DNA from: Oligoflexales bacterium
GTDB lineage: Bacteria > Bdellovibrionota_B > Oligoflexia > Oligoflexales > JAPPIL01
Reading direction: 5' to 3'
Assembly (NCBI GenBank): GCA_965215515.1
Contig: OZ244057.1
Span: forward strand, 1,280,001 to 1,344,000
DNA length: 64,000 nt
This document shows, in pieces, positions 28,913 through 39,977 of the stretch (the stretch's first letter is position 1; every line of letters starts with the position of its first letter). Position numbers and translations under genes: made by a program. The notes beneath the pieces were generated by a model. It saw only the letters and a program-made list of their open reading frames with translations. It did not search any database and had not been told where the DNA came from.

Positions 28913-29859
28913 TCAGAAACCTCGTCGATACCATCAACATAGATGTCCACTCAGGTGCTGGCGGTAACGGTGTCGTCAGCTTTCATAAACTGAAAACCAA
29001 AAAGCGTGCCATCCCCGACGGCGGCAACGGCGGCAAAGGTGGCAATGTCTATTTCCGCGGACAGACAAGCCTCGACGATCTGCGCCACCTCAAGACCAAC
29101 ACCCTACGCGCCGCAGCTGGCAAAGACGGAGGCAAGGGGAGCAAAACAGGCGAAGACGGCGCACCCCTAATCGTCAACGTGCCGCTCGGCACACGCGTGC
29201 TCGATCGTACCCACGGCCACCTGCTACTAGAAATCAACACCACTGACCGCCAATTGCTGCTTACAGGCGGTAAGTCTGGCCACGGCAACACAGGCTCGCA
29301 ACGCCACACCGCCACCCGCGGCGAAAAAGGCGACCAGCTCGCCATCACCCTCGACTACCGCCTGCCACTCGATGTCGGGATCGTCGGTCTTGCCAACACA
29401 GGCAAATCAACCCTACTCAGCCGTATCAGCTCCGCCCGCCCCCCGATCGAAGACTACCCGCTCACCACACGCTGGCCACAAATCGGTATCTGCGCTCCAC
29501 ACACCGATTTTTTCGACAACCCCCTGACAATAGTGGAAATTCCCGCCCTCACCAGCACGCAAGGGGAAAAATTCCTCAAACACTTACTGCGCGGCAAACT
29601 TATCATCTACTGCATCGCAACGAATAACCCACCTCTATCCACCCAATTCGCTGCGCTGCAACGCAGACTAACCACCTACAACGAAGCTTTACGCCACAAA
29701 CAAGCATTGATCGTCACCTGTCACCACCCCACCCCAGCACCACCACACATCGTGTACGAAGGCAGACGCATAGAGGTCGTGCCTATGCCCGCCGACACCG
29801 ATACCAGCAAGGCACTGCAACACAAAATTCTACAACTCTGGCGACAAGCACGTGAATAA
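28909..29859 (+). CDS. obgE: Obg-family protein with degenerate G3/G4 motifs
   Basis: Gly-rich Obg domain ([21 protein letters not shown]), G1 [15 protein letters not shown]; synteny after rpmA. Confidence 0.85.
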   Translation: MIRNLVDTINIDVHSGAGGNGVVSFHKLKTKKRAIPDGGNGGKGGNVYFRGQTSLDDLRHLKTNTLRAAAGKDGGKGSKTGEDGAPLIVNVPLGTRVLDRTHGHLLLEINTTDRQLLLTGGKSGHGNTGSQRHTATRGEKGDQLAITLDYRLPLDVGIVGLANTGKSTLLSRISSARPPIEDYPLTTRWPQIGICAPHTDFFDNPLTIVEIPALTSTQGEKFLKHLLRGKLIIYCIATNNPPLSTQFAALQRRLTTYNEALRHKQALIVTCHHPTPAPPHIVYEGRRIEVVPMPADTDTSKALQHKILQLWRQARE

Positions 29860-30511
29860 TCTCCCCGACCCCGATCTTATCATCTACGGCGGTACATTCG
29901 ACCCACCGCACAACGGACACCTGCTCTGCGTCAAACTCGCCCAACAACGCTTCCCCTACGCCACAATACTAGTCTGCCCTGCCTACGTACCGCTACGCGA
30001 TGCGACCTCTGTGCCCAAACAGACACGACTCGACTTCAAGACACGCCTGCAGCTGACACAGGCCGTGTTCGCCGCTGAGAAAATCACCATCTCCGACCTC
30101 GAAGCACACCTGCCACGCCCCACCCTGACCGCTAACACACTACAGACAGTGCGCAAAAAATTTCCCCGCCACCGCCTCGCACTGCTGCTGGGACAAGATC
30201 AATTCAGCACCTTGCGTGACTGGCAACGAGTAGAGGAGATAACCACCTGCTGTGATATTATCGTGGCACGACGCACCGCTGCCGCCCCCCTAGCAGACAG
30301 CGCGACACAACTAGCCCACCGCCTCACCACCGACCTTAGCTGGGACAGTCAACGACAACGTTACGCCGACAATAATTTTTCTGTCTATCTCTTAGCGGCA
30401 GAATGGCTTAATATCTCCAGCACCGCCGTGCGCCGACAGCTGCAACACAACACAGCTTTTTTGTCGGACGTGCCGACGGTAGTAGCGGATTTTTTTAGGA
30501 AAAATGAGTAA
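29852..30511 (+). CDS. nadD: Nicotinate-nucleotide adenylyltransferase
   Basis: YGGTFDPPHNGH, LLLGQD, ISSTAVR. Confidence 0.92.
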   Translation: MNNLPDPDLIIYGGTFDPPHNGHLLCVKLAQQRFPYATILVCPAYVPLRDATSVPKQTRLDFKTRLQLTQAVFAAEKITISDLEAHLPRPTLTANTLQTVRKKFPRHRLALLLGQDQFSTLRDWQRVEEITTCCDIIVARRTAAAPLADSATQLAHRLTTDLSWDSQRQRYADNNFSVYLLAAEWLNISSTAVRRQLQHNTAFLSDVPTVVADFFRKNE

Positions 30512-30905
30512 CCGTTTGGAACTTAACCTGCCATCACCACCAGATCTCCCCTGGACATCCGTGCGCACACTGGCACTGGCACGTCTGGCCTGGCACGCCG
30601 CCCTGCAGCGCAAAGCAGAACAACCGCAGTTGCTCGACCTGCGCGGCCTGTCGGGCGTTTGCGATTACCAATTCGTCTGCAGCGGAGCTAACCCACGCCA
30701 AACAAAAGCAATTAGCTTGACAATCGCAGAACAGATATGGACTACCCACACCCTCCACCCACAAGCGATCGAAGGACAGCCACAAGGTGAATGGATTTCC
30801 ATGGACTACGGACTGCTCATTATCCATATTTTTCGCCGTGAGGTGCGTTCTTACTATGAGTTTGATACACTCTGGCCGCAAGCCAGACACCTCAGTCTGC
30901 AATGA
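30504..30905 (+). CDS. rsfS: Ribosome silencing factor RsfS
   Basis: LLDLRG, CDYQFVCSG, WISMDYG, R.YYEFDTLW. Confidence 0.92.
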   Translation: MSNRLELNLPSPPDLPWTSVRTLALARLAWHAALQRKAEQPQLLDLRGLSGVCDYQFVCSGANPRQTKAISLTIAEQIWTTHTLHPQAIEGQPQGEWISMDYGLLIIHIFRREVRSYYEFDTLWPQARHLSLQ

Positions 30906-31530
30906 CAACCCCAGTTGCCTGCTGTGCTACGACAACAGCAGTCGTATCTGTGCCTCCTGCCACGCGCAACTAGCACGGCAAGCGCTGCGCTACAGCTGTG
31001 CCATTACCCCGCACTTGCGCGCGATAGCACTCTACCCCTACGTCTCCCCTTGGCGCGAGCTCATCCTGCGCGTCAAAATCGTCGGCAGCCTGCGCGCGCG
31101 CAACGCCCTGCTGCGCCTGCTCGCCGACCTGCGCCAGCTGCCACGTCCACAAATCATCGTGCCCGCGCCATCGAGTCTCTGGAGTCGCCTACGCGGTAAA
31201 CACGACTTGGCCTGGATGCTGGCACGGCATCTCGCCACACGGATGAAGATACCGCTCATCGAAGCACCGCTCTTTACCCACTGGCGACTGCGCAAACAAG
31301 CAAAGGCAAGACACGACGAAATACACCGTGCGCCACACCTGCCTGCCAGTCTGCGCCGCCTGATGTTGCCACGACTGACAGGGAAAAAAATTTTGCTCGT
31401 CGATGATGTCATCACTAGCGGGGCAACGATGCGGCACTTAGCGGCGCTGTTTCCCGACAACGAAGTCAGTGCCTTTGCCCTCTGTATGTCACCCAACAAT
31501 AATTTTGTGCGTCACAGGAGATGGTCATGA
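30856..31530 (+). CDS. comF: ComF-family phosphoribosyltransferase-like protein (start uncertain)
   Basis: CLLC...C..C zinc finger; ILLVDDVITSGATM. Confidence 0.8.
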   Translation: MSLIHSGRKPDTSVCNDNPSCLLCYDNSSRICASCHAQLARQALRYSCAITPHLRAIALYPYVSPWRELILRVKIVGSLRARNALLRLLADLRQLPRPQIIVPAPSSLWSRLRGKHDLAWMLARHLATRMKIPLIEAPLFTHWRLRKQAKARHDEIHRAPHLPASLRRLMLPRLTGKKILLVDDVITSGATMRHLAALFPDNEVSAFALCMSPNNNFVRHRRWS

Positions 31531-34073
31531 CTCCAATGCTGCAACAGTACTTCGCTCTGAAAAAAGAATGCGGCGAGGCAGTGCTGTTTTTTCGTATGGG
31601 AGATTTCTACGAAATTTTTGGTGATGATGCCCTAACCGTCGCTCCCCTGCTGAACATCTTACTGACCAACCGCAACCGCAATGAGAAGATGCCCTTCTGC
31701 GGCGTGCCACACCACAGCTACAGACCACACTGTCGCAAGCTGCTCGCCCACGGCTTCAAAGTCGCCCTCGCGGAACAGATTACCCACGCCACCGCAGCAG
31801 GTGAAGGCATTATCGGACGTGAAATCGTTAGAATTATCACCCCTGGCCTGCACAACGATCTCGACGACCTCGATGACGACAAACCCAACTATCTCGCATC
31901 GTTGTACGAAGACCCGCAGAGCAAACACTGGTCGGTACTGCTGGCGGACGTTTCGACGGGTGAATTGCGTCTCGGGACACTCGCCGATGCTGCACATGCC
32001 ATCGATTTCGTGCGCAAAAACAACCCCCGTGAGATTCTCGCACGCCCGTTTCAACACCAGAAAATTAAAGAACACCTACCCGCTACCGCGATCCTGTTGA
32101 GCCCCCTACCAGAAAGCGTCATCGGCGATGACGAGCAGCGTGAACAGATTTTGCAAAAAACTTTTGCAACGACTATGCTCGCCCCCGTAGCGGAGGATAC
32201 GACCACACGGGTCAACCTCGCCGCCTTCGCACTGTATCTGCAACAACACCGCTGCCCGACGGATAACTTCCTGCACCTTAAACCGCTGCACGACAAACAA
32301 GAGATGGATTTAGCAGCTAACGTCGTGCGTGATCTGGAGCTCTTCACCACCATCCAAACCCGTAGCACCAAAGGCAGCCTCTACCATGTGGTCAACCACA
32401 CCCTGACCCCGATGGGAGCACGCCATTTGCGTTATGCACTGGCACACCCGCTGAGCGCACGTCGCCCCCTGCGAGCAAGACAAAAGGCGGTGGACGAGCT
32501 GGTAGCGTACGGCTACCAAGCTTTGCAAGACTTGCGTCAGCTGCTACAGGGATTTCCCGATCTCGAGCGCCTGAGCAATCACGTGCTCAACAGCAACGTG
32601 CAGCCCGCCCAGCTAGCGGCGGTGCTCACCGCACTGGACAAAGCCAGTGCCCTAGCCACCCAGCACAGCATACCCGCGCTGGACAAGGAGCAGCGCGGCA
32701 TGCATGACATCCAGCAGCTGCTGCGCACCGCCCTCCTCGATCGCCCCGCCCGCTTGGGAGTGGGAACGGAAGTCTTCCGCCCCCAATACGATCAGGCGCT
32801 AGGACAACACCTTGCTCTAGCTGACAACGGCGAAGCAAAGATCGCCGCCTACGAACAAGAATTGAAAGACAACACTGGCATCGTCAGTTTGAAAATAAAA
32901 AAACATCGGCAGCTAGGACTGGTAATCGAAGTAAGCAGGGCACAGATGACGAAAGTGCCTGCAGACTTTGTGCTACGGCAGAGTATGGTCAACTGCCAGC
33001 GTTACGTGACCACCGCATTGGTCGCTCTCGACAACGCCCTCGACAATGCCCTCGCCCAGGCGGTCACAAGGGAAGAAGAACTGTATCGGCAGCTGTTGGC
33101 ACAGTTGTGCAACCATCAGCAGACTTTGTTGCGGGTAAGCACCGCGGTCGCGAGCTTCGATTTGCATCAGAGCCACGCCTTCTTGGCGGTGAGAGAAAAC
33201 TGGTGTCGCCCGCAACTTGCCGATGACATCGCCTTGCAAAGCTGTCGGCATCCCGTAGTGGAAAAACTGCTCGGAGAACACCGTTTTGTGCCCAACGACA
33301 TTGCCCTAGCCACCGCTGCGAAGACGATGCTGATAACGGGGCCTAACATGGGCGGCAAATCAACCGTCATGCGACAGATCGCCCTGTGTGCCGTGTTGCA
33401 CCAGAGCGGGGCGTACGTGCCCGCTGCCAGTGCCAGTATGCCATGCTTCGACAATATCTTTACACGTGTCGGCGCATCCGACAACATCACCGCGGGACAG
33501 TCTACCTTCATGGTGGAAATGCTGGAGACCGCTACGATTCTGCGTGCCGCATCGTCACGCAGCCTTGTCATCGTCGATGAGATAGGGCGAGGCACTTCCA
33601 CCGCGGACGGCCTGGCATTGGCACAAGCAATTCTGGAAAGCCTAGCTCGCCTGCGCTGTTTCTGTCTGTTTTCCACGCATTTTCACGAGCTAGTCCCCGC
33701 CACCACCAAACTCAAAGGGATCAAGATCGCACACACCGAAGTGCAGCAAGACAGCACCTTCACGCATAAACTTATTCCTGGCTCGTGCAGCAATTCGTTC
33801 GGTATCGCAGTCGCTCGCCAAGCGGGTGTCCCTCCCCCCGTCTTGCAACGTGCCACCAAATTACTGCAACGAAACCGTGACACCCTCTTGCCTGCCACCG
33901 ACGGTTATCTACCCAGCGCACCGCATCAGGACAACCAACTGCTCCAGATATTGGCACGTCGTTTCGATAAACTGAACATCTACCAGACTACCCCCCTGCA
34001 AGCTTTAAACCTCGTCAGTGACATCAAAGCCATGTTCAGCCGCACCTCGCAACAGCCGCTGCTACGCGATTGA
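31527..34073 (+). CDS. mutS: DNA mismatch repair protein MutS
   Basis: TPMLQQY, FFRMGDFYE, ITGPNMGGKST, STFMVEM, DEIGRGTS. Confidence 0.98.
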   Translation: MTPMLQQYFALKKECGEAVLFFRMGDFYEIFGDDALTVAPLLNILLTNRNRNEKMPFCGVPHHSYRPHCRKLLAHGFKVALAEQITHATAAGEGIIGREIVRIITPGLHNDLDDLDDDKPNYLASLYEDPQSKHWSVLLADVSTGELRLGTLADAAHAIDFVRKNNPREILARPFQHQKIKEHLPATAILLSPLPESVIGDDEQREQILQKTFATTMLAPVAEDTTTRVNLAAFALYLQQHRCPTDNFLHLKPLHDKQEMDLAANVVRDLELFTTIQTRSTKGSLYHVVNHTLTPMGARHLRYALAHPLSARRPLRARQKAVDELVAYGYQALQDLRQLLQGFPDLERLSNHVLNSNVQPAQLAAVLTALDKASALATQHSIPALDKEQRGMHDIQQLLRTALLDRPARLGVGTEVFRPQYDQALGQHLALADNGEAKIAAYEQELKDNTGIVSLKIKKHRQLGLVIEVSRAQMTKVPADFVLRQSMVNCQRYVTTALVALDNALDNALAQAVTREEELYRQLLAQLCNHQQTLLRVSTAVASFDLHQSHAFLAVRENWCRPQLADDIALQSCRHPVVEKLLGEHRFVPNDIALATAAKTMLITGPNMGGKSTVMRQIALCAVLHQSGAYVPAASASMPCFDNIFTRVGASDNITAGQSTFMVEMLETATILRAASSRSLVIVDEIGRGTSTADGLALAQAILESLARLRCFCLFSTHFHELVPATTKLKGIKIAHTEVQQDSTFTHKLIPGSCSNSFGIAVARQAGVPPPVLQRATKLLQRNRDTLLPATDGYLPSAPHQDNQLLQILARRFDKLNIYQTTPLQALNLVSDIKAMFSRTSQQPLLRD

Positions 34074-34106
34074 GCGGCAAGTGGACGCGGGATGACCGAT
34101 AGCTGC

Positions 34107-35357
34107 TCAGGATTTTTTAACTTTCACCGCACAGAGCAACACACCACCGCCGATGAACAGCATCGAGATAAAGGCGAGCGACAGGCGAGGATCGCCTGTC
34201 CAGTAGGCGACTTGCCCCATGAGAAGAGGGCCGATGATGGTGGCGAATTTGCCCATCATGTTGTAGAAGCCAAAAAACTGCGTCGCGTTTGCTTTCGGGA
34301 TAAGGGAAGCGAACAGCGAGCGCGACAGACATTGCACCCCACCCTGCACCAGTCCGATGATGCACGCGAGGACATAAAACTCCAGTGCGGTGTCCATGAA
34401 ATAGCCGTATATGGAGGTGGCGCAGTAGGTGGCCAGTGCGATCAGAATACCGATTTTGGCGTTCAAGCGAGCGGCGATCTTGCCGAACGCGAGTGCCGCG
34501 GGAAAACCGACAAACTGGGTGAGCAACAGCGCCGTGATGAGGTCTTTAGCTTCCAACCCGATCGACATACCGTAGTCGATGGCCATGACGATAATTGTAT
34601 GCACCCCATCGATGTAAACCCAGTAACTGCATAAAAACAGCACGATAGTCTTGTGTTTGTTAATTTCTTTTATCGTCTGCCACAGCTGTCGCGATCCCTT
34701 GTGCAACGCGCTGCCGAGGGCGACCGCATCGGGGTTGCGATCCTTGACTGTTACGAACAGGGGCACGGCGAGCACCGTCCACCAGCACGCCACCAGAGGG
34801 AAAGCCATTTTCACTCCTACCACACCATCGGCAAGACCGAAGAAGTGAGGATACCTGAACATCATCACATTGAGGAGAAAGAGCAGCCCACCCCCCAGAT
34901 AACCTAGGCTGTAGCCGAGGGCTGACACCCTATCCATATTCCTTTGCGTAGCAACGTCGATGATCATGGCATCGTAGAAGATGTTGCCTCCCAGGTAGCC
35001 GATCGTTCCCAATCCGTAGAGACATGCGGCAGTCAACCAATCACCCTCAGTGACGGTGAACAGCAGGGCGGTGGTAATTACACCGAGCAAAACAAAGATG
35101 GACAGAAACCCCTTCTTGGAGCTGGTGTTGTCGGCAATTGCCCCCAGTAGCGGCGCGAGGATAGCCACGATGAGTCCCGCGCCGGAGCTGGTCATACCCA
35201 GATGCAGGGTGGAAACGGTGACATCGCTGCCCGCATGCCAGTACTGTTTGAAAAAGATGGGGAAGAAACCTGCCATGACCGTCGTGGCGAAGGCCGAGTT
35301 TGCACAATCGTAGCATGCCCACGCGACTATCTGTTTGCGGGAGGAAGGCTCAGCCAT
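34107..35357 (-). CDS. MFS transporter (ATG22/BtlA-like)
   Basis: AWACYDCANSAF, APLLGAIAD, SRSLFASLIP, FFGFYNMMGK; many TMs. Confidence 0.9.
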   Translation of the reverse strand: MAEPSSRKQIVAWACYDCANSAFATTVMAGFFPIFFKQYWHAGSDVTVSTLHLGMTSSGAGLIVAILAPLLGAIADNTSSKKGFLSIFVLLGVITTALLFTVTEGDWLTAACLYGLGTIGYLGGNIFYDAMIIDVATQRNMDRVSALGYSLGYLGGGLLFLLNVMMFRYPHFFGLADGVVGVKMAFPLVACWWTVLAVPLFVTVKDRNPDAVALGSALHKGSRQLWQTIKEINKHKTIVLFLCSYWVYIDGVHTIIVMAIDYGMSIGLEAKDLITALLLTQFVGFPAALAFGKIAARLNAKIGILIALATYCATSIYGYFMDTALEFYVLACIIGLVQGGVQCLSRSLFASLIPKANATQFFGFYNMMGKFATIIGPLLMGQVAYWTGDPRLSLAFISMLFIGGGVLLCAVKVKKS

Positions 35358-35502
35358 GAGGGGGATTCCTTACGTGGAAGTAGTGTACTGTCTGCCATAA
35401 ACCGAGAGGTGCTAGCTACTACAGCCGTGCCAGGTAGCCAAGAAAAAAAACATCCTGGGATAACTTCCCGTGCTAATTTGCTTCCCCTGCGGCTGGCTAA
35501 TC

Positions 35503-35511
35503 TGTTATAAT
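35503..35511 (+). promoter_or_regulatory. Extended -10 promoter element for tRNA-Asp
   Basis: TGTTATAAT (TGnTATAAT) 13 nt upstream of the tRNA. Confidence 0.6.
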
Positions 35512-35524
35512 CACCTCGTCTCAT

Positions 35525-35600
<76 letters not shown>

Positions 35601-35626
35601 CTCTACCAGCGTACACACAGGATGTA

Positions 35627-35652
35627 TCCTCACCTGAGTTTTCAGGTGAGGA
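35627..35652 (+). terminator. Perfect 11-bp hairpin downstream of tRNA-Asp (possible terminator)
   Basis: TCCTCACCTGA-gttt-TCAGGTGAGGA; following U-tract is weak. Confidence 0.5.
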
Positions 35653-35662
35653 CGTGTTGTTG

Positions 35663-35724
35663 ATGCAGGTACCCCCGTAACCTTTGTCGATAGAAAAAAT
35701 TAGTCAGGCACTACAAAAGGAGAG
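35663..35724 (+). repeat. Left direct repeat of island (62 bp)
   Basis: atgcaggtacccccgtaacctttgtcgatagaaaaaattagtcaggcactacaaaaggagag; 3 mismatches to 44734-44795. Confidence 0.92.
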
Positions 35725-35904
35725 TGGAGTTGCCTCATCCTTCTGGAGGGTGTATTGTCTGCTTTTCACAGGGCGGCGGATGCCTCTTTAACGAGAACTC
35801 TTGCCTATCTGTGGGGAGGCTGTTAGCCTTGACATTGACAATGGTTGTTGTCTGTGCTAGAGGTCGGGGTGCTTTTTTCCGATGGGATAGATAGGAGGTG
35901 CATA

Positions 35905-36123
35905 GTGAGCAAGATCAAAAATTTCAAGAACAGACAGGAGTTTGAGCGTGCCTTTCTGCCAGAATGGAAGGTAGTGGAGTTGAGAGAGACGGCCGATGCC
36001 TTCTCTGCCCTAAAGCGCGAATCTGATCAGAAGATTGCTGGTTTTGATCTCAAGTATCCCATTGGTGCTGGTCATACCATTTCCCCGCCCAAAAGCTACA
36101 TTGGTTTAAAAACAGTCTGCTAG
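35905..36123 (+). CDS. Small hypothetical protein
   Basis: AGGAGG RBS then GTG; 72 aa. Confidence 0.55.
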   Translation: MSKIKNFKNRQEFERAFLPEWKVVELRETADAFSALKRESDQKIAGFDLKYPIGAGHTISPPKSYIGLKTVC

Positions 36124-36137
36124 TTTGGCTGATATAC

Positions 36138-36257
36138 ATGCCTGGTTGGTCTGATACTATCAAGAGAATTACAGAGGGTGGCAACCCCCGCTTTGCACTC
36201 AGAAAGCATCTCGGCAAGCTTTCTGAAGTGCGCGGCGGCAGGAACGTAATTGTCTAT
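36138..36257 (+). pseudogene. N-terminal remnant of an SDH/ClpP-class (S49-like) serine protease
   Basis: MPGWSDTIKRI...LRKHLGKLSEVRGGRNVIVY resembles the family N-terminus (MPxW...L...GRNVI.Y); cut where a convergent gene ends. Confidence 0.45.
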
Positions 36258-36760
36258 TCTTTGGGCTTTATGCTGTCGTTGTTTCTACCAAACAACCTGT
36301 CGATTATGCCTTGAACGTGTTTGCTCAGTTTACGGCCTAAAAAGATAGCTCCAGCAACAAGTATCGCCGCCAACTCCACAAAAGCAGAGGCTTTTTTGAT
36401 TTTTCCTTTTGATATTACTTTAGGTACTATATTTAATTTTTTTAGAGTTTCAAGGATTATTATTGTAGTTCTCTTACTAGTTTTAGAGATGGCCAGTAGA
36501 TAGGCAATGATACTTTTGCTATCATCACTAGATCGGGCATCAGGTATACGATCAACGATTTTTTCGCTGCCCATAACCCTAGCCACCTCTTTCCTCTTTT
36601 CTTCTATCTGCTCACTGGTTAAAGCTTCCCCGACAAATAACTTGCAATCACGTGGCAGCGCTATCCCTAAATCATACCACCCATTGAAAGAGAACCCCAG
36701 CAATTTTGTGGTTTTCTCTGCTTTAGTGTTAGTATGGTGATAGATATTAAAATTTTGCAA
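36254..36760 (-). CDS. Hypothetical protein with C-terminal hydrophobic segment
   Basis: 168-aa AT-rich ORF starting 6 nt after the upstream gene's stop. Confidence 0.5.
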   Translation of the reverse strand: MQNFNIYHHTNTKAEKTTKLLGFSFNGWYDLGIALPRDCKLFVGEALTSEQIEEKRKEVARVMGSEKIVDRIPDARSSDDSKSIIAYLLAISKTSKRTTIIILETLKKLNIVPKVISKGKIKKASAFVELAAILVAGAIFLGRKLSKHVQGIIDRLFGRNNDSIKPKE

Positions 36761-36766
36761 ACCAAA

Positions 36767-37360
36767 CTAATACAGAGTGGATGCAAGGCTTGTATTGAGT
36801 GTTCTAGTGCTACGCATTCCTAGCCTCTTAAACATTCTTGTAAATCCCATGGCATTGATATCAAACCTATAACTATTTATCCCTTCACCAGCAACAAAAA
36901 CCTTAAGTTTTCTATGTTCTTTCAGCAGACTGATAAAATAACTTGGATAGCTAACATTTTTTGATACTGGCTTAATAAGCTGTATCTTTGAACTGCCGTA
37001 GTTAAGTTTTCCCAAAAAGGAAAATTTTCTTCCTCTAGCTTTCACACTAACGACATAAAAACTACCCCTGCTTCTCCACCCTTTAACCACATGTGATCCG
37101 TATTCCATAAGACAAAGCCTGATACCTTCTGATTTACTAATCTGAATAAACCCTAGTAGGAAACTACCAGTAGTAGCAGAGTTAGAAAATGTCCCCCTGA
37201 AATCAGAAGTAATATAACGCTGTGGTAGTCTATCCCCAAACTCATCTGTATAGTTATCTAACTTCCAGACTCCACGTGTTACATAACGACTTTTCCCGTA
37301 GGTTGTTGAAATTGTCAGTGCCCCTAAAATCAGGGTAGCTGTGAAAAGGTAATTGCGCAT
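36767..37360 (-). CDS. Hypothetical secreted protein
   Basis: GAGG RBS, signal peptide, W...YTDEFGD...FSNSAT. Confidence 0.7.
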   Translation of the reverse strand: MRNYLFTATLILGALTISTTYGKSRYVTRGVWKLDNYTDEFGDRLPQRYITSDFRGTFSNSATTGSFLLGFIQISKSEGIRLCLMEYGSHVVKGWRSRGSFYVVSVKARGRKFSFLGKLNYGSSKIQLIKPVSKNVSYPSYFISLLKEHRKLKVFVAGEGINSYRFDINAMGFTRMFKRLGMRSTRTLNTSLASTLY

Positions 37361-37571
37361 TAATTTTGCCTCTTAAGTAAGATTATCTTCCCCTAGTACC
37401 ATACTTGATGCTAGTCACAACACTTGATACGACGCAATTCTTGTGCCACACTAATATGCTGATAAATCAGGCAGTTATGGCTACAACTCTCGTAAAAAAC
37501 TATACACTGTCTATTTATTGGCCTCCTAGTGTTACAGCGCATAGCATTGATGACCTGCAAACTCTCCGTAA

Positions 37572-37879
37572 GATGATGATCCACTTGTCTATAAGGTTTG
37601 GCGAAAAAGATTTGCTGGATTCGATCTTGAGAAAAACAACATCAAAACTATGTATGCAAAGAATTTAAAATCAGCAAAGAAAATTGTTTTGAAGCTGGAG
37701 AAAAACTCTGATGACTATATCATGTTGATCGACAACGAGTTGGGAGACAAGGAACTGACGGGGATTGATTTTGTCGAGCAAATGAAAATACATGCTCGAT
37801 CTATCTTAGTTACATCCAGTGGCAATAGTGATTATGTGTATGAGAAATGCTCGCAGATTGGATTAACTATAGTGCCTAA
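37572..37879 (+). pseudogene. Orphan receiver-like domain fragment (from a hybrid sensor kinase)
   Basis: DDDPLVYKVW...LIDNEL...TGIDFV...ILVTS...IVPK; in-frame stop immediately upstream of the DDD. Confidence 0.5.
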
Positions 37880-39967
37880 GAAGAACTTTTTGATATTATC
37901 AGAAATTTGGTCAAGTGGGAAAATTCTAGCAACCAAGTAGTGCTAGACCGTGCACACAAGGCAATCACGATTTCGTGGCAAGAGACATGCGCACTCAACA
38001 AAGACCATCCTGAAGCCAAGAAGTTATTCAATCCCAAGCAACTGCCTGCCTTTCACGATCCCTTTGCAGGGGGCGGAGCAATTCCACTCGAAGCTAAGCG
38101 TCTCGGTCTGACAAGCTATGCCTCTGATCTCAATCCTATTGCTGTGCTAATCAACAAAGCTATGCTCGAACTGCCAAGTAAATTTCCGCCTGAACAACTT
38201 GCCCAAGACATCAAAAAATACGGCGAGCAATTACGTCAGCAAACACATAAAAAAATCGGTAAACTCTATCCACCTGTAGAAATTACTGTGGCAATGTGCA
38301 GAAAAAGACCAGACCTGCAAAAATATCGTGGGCAAAAGCTCACACCCATCGCCTACCTGTGGACACGCACGGTCAAAAGCCCTGACCCCGCTATCAGTCA
38401 TATCGATGTGCCCTTAATGTCAACCTACATTCTCTCGACAAAAAAAGGTAAGGAAGTATACCTCGAACCCATCGTCAAGGGCACACACTATCAATTCACT
38501 ATTCATAAAGGTGAACCACCACCTGAGGCAAAAAACGGAACAAAGGTCGGACGTGGTAATTTCCGCTGCTTAATCTCCAACACACCTATCAACGTCAAGT
38601 ATGTACGCGAGCAAGGCATGGCAGGCAAGATGAACGCCGTGCTCACTGCTATAGTATGTGAAGGTGAACGCGAAAAAGTCTATCTCGGTAGTGCTGAACT
38701 GCAAGAACAAGCAGAATGGCAAGCTACTGAGAGCCTGCTGACAAAAAAATTATGCAAAAATTTCAGCAAGCTAGCCGACAAGTGGCAGCCACAACAACAC
38801 ATAGTTGGTAAAAGTGCCATAAATGTTTCGTTGTATGGTTTTAATCACTATGGCGATCTTTTCACAACAAGACAACTAGTTGCACTGGCAACATTTGCGG
38901 AACTATTGCAGGCATTGCACAAGAAACTAAGCACATCACATAGCAAAGACTATGCCGATGCCATCAATACCTACCTTGCTTTTGTAGTAGATAAATGTGC
39001 GGACTATTGGTTTTCGATCTGTATTTGGCGTTCATCTGGGCAGAAGATAAGTCACACATTTGGGAGGCAGGCGATTCCAATGTCCTGGGACTTCGCTGAG
39101 ACTTGTCCCTTCTCTAATTCAACGGGCAACTGGACAGCGATGCTCGACTGGCTCTATAAAGCAGTCAACAATTTACCAGCTGGTGGTAAAGCCGTTGCTA
39201 AACAAGCAGATGCATTACAGCAAAACATTTCCAAACATAAAATCATCTCCACCGATCCACCCTATTATGATAATATCGGCTATGCTGACCTGTCAGATTT
39301 TTTCTATGTCTGGTTGCGGCCGCTACTCAAAGACACACACCCTGAATTATTTCGCACCTTGAGCGCACCGAAAGACGATGAGTTGATCGCTGCACCACAT
39401 CGTCATGACAACAATAAGACAGAGGCTAACTGTTTTTTCAAAGATGGCATCAGTGCTGCGCTAAGAAATTTTCGTGTCCATGCTCACCCTGCTTTTCCTG
39501 TCGTTATCTACTATGCTTTTAAACAATCCGAAAGCAACGGCTGGGAAACATTTCTTGAAGCCATCATAAACTCTGGCTTTACCATCGGTGGCTCTTGGCC
39601 GATGCGTACTGAACGAACTGCAAGGCTTAGAAATATAAATTCCAACGCCCTCGCGTCATCAATTATTTTAGTGTGTAAGAAACGGCCAGCTTTAGGAACA
39701 ACAATTTCTAAACGCGAGTGGCAGCGCGAGTTGCGTAAAGAGTTGCCTCGTGCCATAGCTGAAATGACGAGTGGCAACAATCCTATCGCCGCGGTAGATT
39801 TTGCCCAAGCCGCACTCGGCCCTGGTATGCAAATTTTCTCGCGCTACGAGGCGGTATTGTCACAAAACGGGGAAAAGATGAGCGTGATGGAAGCACTAAG
39901 GACGATCAACAATAAACTCGCCGACAGCGAAGTGTTTGATAAGGATACAGCTTTGATAGAAATTTGA
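37880..39967 (+). pseudogene. DUF1156-family adenine methyltransferase, apparently truncated at both ends, catalytic core open
   Basis: DPFAGGGAIPLEA, TDPPYYDNI.YADLSDFFY, WPMRTE...NALASSI; the frame begins mid-protein (EELFDIIRNLVKWE) after a stop. Confidence 0.8.
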
Positions 39968-39977
39968 GGAGCAAGTT

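Noticed and set aside
35627..35652. Hairpin as an IS200/IS605 end or REP
   Set aside because: Single copy in the window and no tnpA/tnpB; a tRNA terminator or processing hairpin is simpler
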